Under the pieces are notes generated by a model that was not told the origin of the DNA, ran no database searches, and saw nothing but the letters and a program-made list of their open reading frames with translations. Made by a program: the position numbers and the translations under genes. From Erysipelothrix inopinata (GTDB lineage: Bacteria > Bacillota_I > Bacilli_A > Erysipelotrichales > Erysipelotrichaceae): a stretch of DNA of 32,000 nt. Shown piece by piece: positions 23,718-30,957 of the stretch. Position 1 is the first letter of the stretch. Every line of letters begins with the position of its first letter. The stretch lies in the NCBI RefSeq assembly GCF_014396165.1, contig NZ_CP060715.1:210001-242000 (forward strand). Reading direction: 5' to 3'.

Positions 23718-25410
23718 CTGAATCCTCCTCAATAAAGCTTATAAGTACTGCAAATCCTCCATTTTCGCTGCGACCAACCTCAAATCGATAATCTTGATCT
23801 TTAAAGAATACTTTGAGCCGTTCATGAACATTCACCAGCCCTACTGACTTATCATTTTCCAGATCAAACTCCGACTCCTCAAGTCTTAATTGAATTGCTT
23901 TTAGTGTGTCATCATCAACACCTTTACCATTATCAGATACTCGAATATGTATTCGTTTATTTTCTTTATAAACATTGACCTTTATTGCATTATCAACACG
24001 GCGATAATTTACACCATGAACGAAATAATTTTCAATGAGCGGCTGTAAAGTAAACTTTGGAATGCTAATCATTTCAAAGTTTTCTGCGACATCAAACTTA
24101 TAGGCAATTTTATTTGGATAACGCATTTGATGCAGGTAAACATATTTTTCTACAAACTCCAGCTCCTTAGCAAGCGTTGTGGTTTTTTCCAAGGAAATAT
24201 TATTACGTAATAATGTAGAAAATGTAAAGACAATGTCCGCCAATTCATCAACACCCTCAGCGACTGCATACATGCGTATAAATTCCAGTGTGTTGTATAA
24301 GAAATGGGCATTGATTTGTGATTGAAGCGCACGCATATTAATATCTTGTTGGCGTATTTCCATTTGATATATTTGCTTAATATAGCGATTCATACTATCT
24401 AGAGTTTCATTGATTGCAGAAGATATTGTGAAGAGCTCCCCTTCTTTATTATCGACCGCAATACGATCATCAATGCTTCCCGTTCGTACGGATTCCATAG
24501 TCCCTAAAATGTCTCTAACTTGATCATCATAGCGACCGAAAGTTTTAAACAATACAAATAGAAGCACGCCAACCAAGAATAATCCACCCATGATTGTGAA
24601 CGCATAAGTATTAAACGACTTCATGAATATATCATAGTTTCTTGCCGCAACAATCAGCGTCGTTCCGTCACTTAATTTGATTTGCTGGTAAGAATATCTA
24701 TCAAACATTTCTGAATCTAAGGGTTCCCGTGTCTTGTAGCGTTCTAGTATTTCTTCTCTCAGTTCAATCCCATTCCCAGTGTTGTACTCATACTGTATAT
24801 TCCCAGTGGGAGAAAGAAGAAAGACAATTGGTTCAACCATAAAGCGTTCTTGATAAACCAAATCATCCAAGACTTCATAGTCCATTAAGACATAGAGATT
24901 CCCTACCGCTTTGTATGACTCAAAATTCATAATCGGTCTTGTAAAGATCATATACTTCGAAATATCAGGTAACTTTTGTGGTTTATATCCCATTTTATTA
25001 TCGGAACTGGAATAGAATATATCACCCGTTGCGTCCAATGTAACTACAAAGCCACGAATACCATCATAGCGATCGTATAACTTTTCTACATCTCGGGGAA
25101 AAAGTTGAAACTGCGGGAGTTCCAACTGTTGTGTATAGTATTTACTAAAATCCATATAGAAGTAATCAAGCATACTATCAATCTTGACTTGGTCAGGAAA
25201 CAGTTCGAGAACCATTCTTCGCAAATCTGTTTGATAGCCACCCATAGCTGTTGTTACATTCCGTGTTATTTGATTCAATTGATTGTTGACATCACTGCGA
25301 TCTGATTGCGTTGTTGCATAACTTACCAAGAAGGTAAAGAGCATGATAACTGCAATTAAGACCATCGCATACGTATGAATCAATTGTTTCATTAAACTTC
25401 TTTTACGCAT
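23710..25410 (-). CDS. Sensor histidine kinase, YesM/LytS-type (His_kinase PF06580-like) with an extracytoplasmic sensor domain
   Basis: Two TM segments flank a domain of about 250 aa. A HAMP-like region follows, then QINAHFLYNTLE (H-box) and DNGKGV...GLVNVHERL (ATPase). The first track codon, 25413, is TTG; the ATG at 25410 is preferred. Confidence 0.85.
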   Translation of the reverse strand: MRKRSLMKQLIHTYAMVLIAVIMLFTFLVSYATTQSDRSDVNNQLNQITRNVTTAMGGYQTDLRRMVLELFPDQVKIDSMLDYFYMDFSKYYTQQLELPQFQLFPRDVEKLYDRYDGIRGFVVTLDATGDIFYSSSDNKMGYKPQKLPDISKYMIFTRPIMNFESYKAVGNLYVLMDYEVLDDLVYQERFMVEPIVFLLSPTGNIQYEYNTGNGIELREEILERYKTREPLDSEMFDRYSYQQIKLSDGTTLIVAARNYDIFMKSFNTYAFTIMGGLFLVGVLLFVLFKTFGRYDDQVRDILGTMESVRTGSIDDRIAVDNKEGELFTISSAINETLDSMNRYIKQIYQMEIRQQDINMRALQSQINAHFLYNTLEFIRMYAVAEGVDELADIVFTFSTLLRNNISLEKTTTLAKELEFVEKYVYLHQMRYPNKIAYKFDVAENFEMISIPKFTLQPLIENYFVHGVNYRRVDNAIKVNVYKENKRIHIRVSDNGKGVDDDTLKAIQLRLEESEFDLENDKSVGLVNVHERLKVFFKDQDYRFEVGRSENGGFAVLISFIEEDSDV

Positions 25411-25413
25411 CAA

Positions 25414-26016
25414 TTAACCCAAATGCTCATCAAGTGCTGCAATTAATGGTTTTCCTACCCACGAAAGAGCAACCACTAACATACCCCATGTTAGAAAAGG
25501 TAGAAGCCCCATATATCGAGATGTAATAAAGCCGATAAAGATTAACATAACCATTAACTTTATTAAGGTGAAGAAGTTTCCCATCACCGAAATAACACTT
25601 AGTTTTAAAAGATTAATCAATTCTATGTCAAAGTTATTATCAATAAGTACGGCATAGAAGTAGGATCCAATTGTGAACACAATCACAGTTGCAATTAAAA
25701 ATTGTAGAAATAAAATCGCAATTCCTTGTATCTGTGTAGACAAGTATAAATTATAGAGAAGGACACAGACGATAGTTGCAAAGATAAACAATAATGCATT
25801 CCCTCGCTTGAACTTACTTACGAATAGGTTCCCAATTTCTCTCCAATTCATATCACGATGTGACCAACCATACTCTTGATACAGTTGCGCGATTCCTAAA
25901 AATGCTGGACCTATCCCAAGTACAACGCCTCCCATTAAAGTCATCACCCAAAACATCAAGGATAACTTAATCATTACATAAACCCGATCAAAAAAATCAC
26001 TTACATATGTTCCCAT
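25414..26016 (-). CDS. YesL-family (DUF624) membrane protein
   Basis: 200 aa with multiple TM segments. The N-terminus FFDRVYVMIKLSLMFWVMTLMGGVVLGIGPAF is typical. It sits in the usual genomic position, next to a YesMN pair and a CUT1 transporter. Confidence 0.75.
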   Translation of the reverse strand: MGTYVSDFFDRVYVMIKLSLMFWVMTLMGGVVLGIGPAFLGIAQLYQEYGWSHRDMNWREIGNLFVSKFKRGNALLFIFATIVCVLLYNLYLSTQIQGIAILFLQFLIATVIVFTIGSYFYAVLIDNNFDIELINLLKLSVISVMGNFFTLIKLMVMLIFIGFITSRYMGLLPFLTWGMLVVALSWVGKPLIAALDEHLG

Positions 26017-26088
26017 CGAATACCCCTTTACGCCTTCATTATAACTGATAACAACAAACTTCTACGACAACTCTTTGTCTTATATAAG

Positions 26089-26112
26089 GAAAACAGAGGG
26101 ACAGCGTCCCCC
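26089..26112 (-). terminator. Rho-independent terminator after the solute-binding protein gene
   Basis: The minus strand reads GGGGGAC-gct-GTCCCTC followed by TGTTTTCC. It starts 12 nt after the stop. Confidence 0.6.
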
Positions 26113-26123
26113 TATTTTAATAT

Positions 26124-27581
26124 TTAAGCTTTCGCTGCTAAGAATGCATCGTATTGTTTTTGCATTTCTGTTTGAATTTTTTCATATCCTGCAGCTTTTA
26201 GTTTTTCAATAAATTGAGGTACTACATCATCAGGATTTACGGTACCTGTATGAAGTACTGCATAGTACTCATCAACAACGTTTTTAACATTACTGATTTC
26301 TGTTTTCACATCATCTGTAACAAAGTTAAATCCAACGATTGGTGAAACAACTGCATTTTTAGTATCTACTTCTCGTTTTGCAATCATTTCTGAAGTAATA
26401 CTTTCTGGTTGTAATAGAATTGCAGAGTTACCTGTATTCCATGCTGCCATGTGGTATCCTTCTTTATATCCATCTAAGAATTTGAGATGACCTTCATCGA
26501 TTTTTTCCCATGATGTACCTTCAAGACCGTACACCAATGTATTCATCATTTCTGCATTTGTGTTAAGTAAGTTTAACCATTTTACAGATTCTTCTTTATG
26601 TTTTGAGTTTTGAGCAACAATGAAGTTAGCCATTTGTGCTTGTGCTGTAGATTTCAATGCATTATTTAATGGACGTGACACAATTGTTTTTCCAGCTACT
26701 TGTGTTAACAAGTTATCGCCAAAGTCAGCAGGCCCTTGTGTTTCTTGACGCATAAACCATGTATTGTTGTTTAAGTCATAAGATGTATCATTTGTAGCCG
26801 CATCTGTTGGAACTAAACCTTTATTGTATAAGCTGTGCATTTCACGAAGACGTGTCATACCTTGTTCTGTTTCAAATGGGTTAATGATTTTCTTGTGATC
26901 CCCATCAAGGTTTACAGCAAATGGAAGTGCATCACCCAATACATAGTCAAAGTTTCCTAAGTTAGCTTTGAATGTTTTACCAATTGCAAATGGCACTGTT
27001 TCTGGTTCGTTATCCTTGATAACTTGTAATACTGCTTCTGCATCTGCATATGTATTAATCTTAGAAATATCCAAGTTATGTTTTTCAATAAATTCGCCAT
27101 TGAATGATAACATTTGTTGAGCAAATGTATTTCCGTTAACTGGGAAACCATAAAGTTTTCCATTAACAACGTTACCGTCATAGTAGATTGGATCTACTGA
27201 ATCAAAGAATTCTTTAGCATGTGTTTTCGCTAAATCTGTAAGATCAGCATAAGCCCCTTTTTGAGCATTAACAGTATAGTTATTAGCAAATGCGACATCA
27301 AATTCGTCACCTGCAGTAACCATTACTGACATTTTTTGTTCGTAATCTCCCCAACCAATATAGTTAAAGTTTACTTTAACGCCAATTTCTTTTTCAGAAA
27401 TACTGTTGATTTTGTCAGTTAACTCCTGAACATTCTTTGGAGCATCACCAATTTGGTAAACTTGCAATGTCACAACATCGCCACCTTTGGATCCGCCTCC
27501 GTCTTTCTTATTTCCACAACCTGTTAGCACCAGTAGAAATGCTAATGCTAAAACTGTAAATTTATATACGCCCTTTTTCAT
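26124..27581 (-). CDS. Extracellular solute-binding lipoprotein of a CUT1 ABC importer (LplA-like, large oligosaccharide type)
   Basis: Start moved to ATG 27581 (SD GAGGAGG plus 6 nt). This gives MKKGVYKFTVLALAFLLVLTGCGNKK, a lipoprotein signal with lipobox LTGC. About 485 aa. Confidence 0.85.
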   Translation of the reverse strand: MKKGVYKFTVLALAFLLVLTGCGNKKDGGGSKGGDVVTLQVYQIGDAPKNVQELTDKINSISEKEIGVKVNFNYIGWGDYEQKMSVMVTAGDEFDVAFANNYTVNAQKGAYADLTDLAKTHAKEFFDSVDPIYYDGNVVNGKLYGFPVNGNTFAQQMLSFNGEFIEKHNLDISKINTYADAEAVLQVIKDNEPETVPFAIGKTFKANLGNFDYVLGDALPFAVNLDGDHKKIINPFETEQGMTRLREMHSLYNKGLVPTDAATNDTSYDLNNNTWFMRQETQGPADFGDNLLTQVAGKTIVSRPLNNALKSTAQAQMANFIVAQNSKHKEESVKWLNLLNTNAEMMNTLVYGLEGTSWEKIDEGHLKFLDGYKEGYHMAAWNTGNSAILLQPESITSEMIAKREVDTKNAVVSPIVGFNFVTDDVKTEISNVKNVVDEYYAVLHTGTVNPDDVVPQFIEKLKAAGYEKIQTEMQKQYDAFLAAKA

Positions 27582-27636
27582 GATAGTCCTCCTCTTCCTC
27601 ATAACTTCATAAACAGGCAAGTTTTTTTATACCCTC

Positions 27637-28557
27637 TTATTCCTTAACCCCACCAATAGTAAGTCCTGTCACAAAATACTTTTGGAAAAATGGATATGTT
27701 AATGCAATTGGCAATGTGGATATGACGACCATCGCCATCCGTGTTGCTTCACGTGGAATTGACATTCCAGCATTAACTCCCGATAATCCAACATTTTGTG
27801 CGATGTAATCCAAGTTTGATTGAATTTTCATCAATAAATATTGTAATGGGAATAAGTTATCAGATGTGATATACAATAGTGCATTGAACCAGTCATTCCA
27901 AAATCCGAGAGCTGCGAACAAACTTATTGTTGCGATTCCTGGAACTGCCAACGGTATGACAATTTGGATGAAGATGCGGATTTCACTCGCACCATCAATT
28001 CGAGCTGATTCGATGATGGCATCTGGAACTGTCTTTTTAAAGAAAGTTCTCATAACCATAATGTTAAATGGGCTAAGTGCCATCGGTAAGATGAGCGCCC
28101 AGATTGAATTACGAAGTCCCAGCATTTTAGTAACAACCAAATAGTTTGGAATCATACCTGCCGAGAATAACATCGTAAGTAATGCGAATTTCGTAAAAAA
28201 CTGACGATATTTAAAATTTTGTCTTGATATTGCATACGCGTAGGTGGATGTAAATGTTGTATTAATTAAAGTACCAACGATAGTAATAAATACAGTAACA
28301 CCGAGCGATGAAATTAATTGATCTTTAAATTCGTAAAGATACTTATATCCGTCCCAACTAAATTCTGCTGGAATCATTCGATAACCATGAATCGCTAATG
28401 CTGATTCACTGGTGAACGAAACACCGATAACAAAGAAGAACGGAAATAAACACGAGAGTGCAAGAAGTCCAATAAATATTGAGAAGAAGAAATCTGTTTT
28501 TTCTCCAAAACTGCGAACTTCAACACTGGCAATTCTTTTCTTATTCTTTTTCTTCAT
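27637..28557 (-). CDS. Carbohydrate ABC transporter permease (LplC/MalG-like)
   Basis: 306 aa with 6 TM. EAA-type loop IESARIDGASEIRIFIQIVIPL. SD GGAGGA. Confidence 0.9.
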   Translation of the reverse strand: MKKKNKKRIASVEVRSFGEKTDFFFSIFIGLLALSCLFPFFFVIGVSFTSESALAIHGYRMIPAEFSWDGYKYLYEFKDQLISSLGVTVFITIVGTLINTTFTSTYAYAISRQNFKYRQFFTKFALLTMLFSAGMIPNYLVVTKMLGLRNSIWALILPMALSPFNIMVMRTFFKKTVPDAIIESARIDGASEIRIFIQIVIPLAVPGIATISLFAALGFWNDWFNALLYITSDNLFPLQYLLMKIQSNLDYIAQNVGLSGVNAGMSIPREATRMAMVVISTLPIALTYPFFQKYFVTGLTIGGVKE

Positions 28558-28566
28558 TGTATCCTC

Positions 28567-29502
28567 CTAGAATAAACTTGATTCAGGATCAAGCTTTCTT
28601 ACAACCGTATTGGCGAGCATCAGAATTATAAATCCAACAACGGATTGATATAATCCCGCCGCCGATGACATTCCTAAATCACCAGAAGCTGCAAGACCTT
28701 TGTATACGAATGTATCTATAACCTGAGTTACTGCGGTGAGTGAACCCGAGTTTCGAGGAACGTTGTAGAATAATCCAAAATCCGCTCTCATGATATTACC
28801 CACAGCAAGTATGGTCATAATACTAATGAGTGGAATAATTTGTGGAATGGTAACATGGCGAATTTGTTGCCAGCGGTTAGCACCATCAATTTTTGCCGCT
28901 TCATAATATGTGGGATCAATACCCATAATAGAAGCAAAATATATAACTGATTGATAACCGAGATTCTTCCAAATACCAATCAATATAATGATAAACGGCC
29001 AATATGTTGGGTCGGTGTACCAGTTAACTGGACTTTTGCCCATATTTACCATCAAGCGGTTCACAACACCTTTATCAGGACTCAGGAAGGAATATACAAA
29101 GAATGAGATAATGATCCAAGATAAGAAATATGGAAACATCATGGCCGTTTGATATGTCTTCACACGACGTTTATTACGAAGCATACTCATAATAACCGCC
29201 AACGCCACTGCACACGCCGTTCCTATAAATATAAATCCTAAATTATAGAGTACGGTGTTTCTTGTAATAATCCAAGCATTTTCAGAACTAAACAAGAACT
29301 CAAAGTTTTTTAAACCTACCCAGTCACTTTCGATCACGCTTCGGATAAATCCACCTTGACTCGAGAATCTAAAATCCTTGAATGCTACTACGTTACCAAA
29401 CACAGGAATGTAGAAGAAGAAAATCATCCAAAGCGCACCTGGTAAAGCCATTAACAAGAAGATTCCATTCTTGCGCATTGTTTTAATAAATTGTTTCATC
29501 AT
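28567..29502 (-). CDS. Carbohydrate ABC transporter permease (LplB/MalF-like)
   Basis: 311 aa. EAAKIDGANRWQQIRHVTIPQI loop. Start at ATGATG, so 29499 is equally possible. Confidence 0.9.
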   Translation of the reverse strand: MMKQFIKTMRKNGIFLLMALPGALWMIFFFYIPVFGNVVAFKDFRFSSQGGFIRSVIESDWVGLKNFEFLFSSENAWIITRNTVLYNLGFIFIGTACAVALAVIMSMLRNKRRVKTYQTAMMFPYFLSWIIISFFVYSFLSPDKGVVNRLMVNMGKSPVNWYTDPTYWPFIIILIGIWKNLGYQSVIYFASIMGIDPTYYEAAKIDGANRWQQIRHVTIPQIIPLISIMTILAVGNIMRADFGLFYNVPRNSGSLTAVTQVIDTFVYKGLAASGDLGMSSAAGLYQSVVGFIILMLANTVVRKLDPESSLF

Positions 29503-29543
29503 CGTTCACCCCAGTTGTACAGTTTGTCTTGTGACACATCAAT

Positions 29544-29556
29544 TGTAACGCTTACA
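29544..29556. promoter_or_regulatory. cre-like palindrome TGTAAgcgTTACA in the ABC operon leader
   Basis: The minus strand reads TGTAAGCGTTACAA. This is one mismatch to the degenerate 14-mer cre core (TGNAANCGNWNNCW; published consensus WTGNAANCGNWNNCW). It lies 42 nt upstream of the permease start. Confidence 0.3.
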
Positions 29557-29598
29557 TTCTTTAGATTACAGGTACAAAATATAGTTAAAAATACACAA

Positions 29599-29626
29599 AC
29601 TATAGATTTTACCCATAATAAATCAA
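29599..29626 (-). promoter_or_regulatory. Candidate sigmaA promoter of the ABC importer operon
   Basis: The minus strand reads TTGATT-16 nt-TATAGT, about 100 nt upstream of the permease ATG. Confidence 0.4.
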
Positions 29627-29700
29627 TATATTTCACTCCCATAACTTTCCTCCAAATATTTTCAACAAAGGTTCAATTGCCTCATTTACTTCCAATTCAC

Positions 29701-30819
29701 TCATTGCTTCGGGTCATCACACCATATTGAGAAATACGAACCCAGATACTGTTTGTGATTAATTTCAATCCATTGCTCCCGACTCGAATCTGTATTTTTA
29801 TGCCTATTTGGGAATCGATAGGGATTAAAATTATTTTGCATTTTATCAACGTTGGGATATGAATATCCTGCACACTCTCCTAATACAAAATAGAGATTTT
29901 CATCCATAAAATTAAGAACATCATGATTATGAGTTATAAACGAATGAAGTGGTGCCATCCCTTCATGCCAACTAGTCCAATATGTAATCTGAATGTCTGC
30001 ATTCAAAGAAACATGCGATTTTTGATCCAATCGATACATACCATCGTTCCAAATTCTAGGTATTTTATTGTACTGCATGACAAACTTTCCAATATCATTT
30101 ATATAATCAATATATACATCAGAGCCAGTTGCATCTTTATCGATTTCCGACTTAGCATATGTTTCTAAATCCGGGTAGAATTCATATTGATCAAAAGGTA
30201 TGAATTCATCACCACCAATATGAACGACCTTCGAATCCTTAAAACAATCCATAACACTGCTTAATAACCCTTTGATAAACAACCTTGCTTTCGGATTTGT
30301 AATATCCAGCGCGGATTCTGAATTCTTTAATCGATACTGAGGATACGACTTAAGGATATGTTTTAAATGTCCCGGAGTATCAAACGATGGAATTACTTCA
30401 ATATAATATTTTGATGCATATTGAATGATATCTTGCATATCTTGATAACTCAGTGCTTGATTCGAACAAAGCGATTCATATCCAGGTAATTTAAGACGAA
30501 ACCCCTCATTTTCAGAAATATGAATTTGCAATCGATTCAGTTTTTTTCGCGCCATCATTTCTATGAGTTTGTAAAACCATTTCTTTGAGAAATATTTTCG
30601 GCCCATATCAACATGAACACCCCGTTCAGTTAATATCTCTTTTTGTTCGACTTCCTTAACACCTTGTGCAGCATCGATAAGAGCATAGAATGCAAGTCGT
30701 TCTGAATGTGCTTCGATTCGCGATTCAAAGATTTTGTACCCTTCTATTTCTTTACGAATGATAAGTTCATGTTCTTTATCAAACGTCGGAAAGAGATTCT
30801 TAATTTTTTCTTCTAACAT
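29701..30819 (-). CDS. GH20 beta-N-acetylhexosaminidase (catalytic domain only, no signal peptide)
   Basis: Contains RGVHVDMGRKYF, LNRLQIHISENEGFRL and HIGGDEF (the catalytic D-E pair). The track start 30840 is TTG. The ATG at 30819 follows AAAGGAG plus 7 nt. Confidence 0.85.
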   Translation of the reverse strand: MLEEKIKNLFPTFDKEHELIIRKEIEGYKIFESRIEAHSERLAFYALIDAAQGVKEVEQKEILTERGVHVDMGRKYFSKKWFYKLIEMMARKKLNRLQIHISENEGFRLKLPGYESLCSNQALSYQDMQDIIQYASKYYIEVIPSFDTPGHLKHILKSYPQYRLKNSESALDITNPKARLFIKGLLSSVMDCFKDSKVVHIGGDEFIPFDQYEFYPDLETYAKSEIDKDATGSDVYIDYINDIGKFVMQYNKIPRIWNDGMYRLDQKSHVSLNADIQITYWTSWHEGMAPLHSFITHNHDVLNFMDENLYFVLGECAGYSYPNVDKMQNNFNPYRFPNRHKNTDSSREQWIEINHKQYLGSYFSIWCDDPKQ

Positions 30820-30910
30820 GTCCTTACTCCTTTGTATCAAGTTTAACGATAATCACACTTAAAAATAATGAATAAATTATAGGAAAATCGGTACATATTA
30901 GATTCACCAC

Positions 30911-30946
30911 AAAGAAAAAGCACCTTTAGATCTCTCTAAAAGTGCT
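30911..30946 (-). terminator. Rho-independent terminator of the LPXTG surface-protein gene
   Basis: The minus strand reads AGCACTTTTA-gagagatc-TAAAGGTGCT (10-bp stem, 1 mismatch) followed by TTTTTCTTT. Confidence 0.8.
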
Positions 30947-30957
30947 AGAAGTTCATA

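Noticed and set aside
29491-29730. 79-aa + strand ORF covering the intergenic region between GH20 and the permease gene.
   Set aside because: It has no SD and overlaps the ends of two minus-strand genes. The region is better explained as the promoter and leader of the ABC operon.
2215-30840. N-terminal extensions given by the ORF track for the GNAT (2223), ABC ATPase (3275), ectodomain protein (7806), response regulator (23732), kinase (25413), SBP (27620), GH20 (30840) and surface protein (31920).
   Set aside because: The first codons are GTG or TTG lying inside SD sequences, or are SD-less ATGs. Downstream in-frame ATGs have proper GGAGG-type sites and give sensible N-termini (lipoprotein signal, signal anchor, receiver domain). 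The 31920 start is an internal TTG in a frame that stays open to the window edge.
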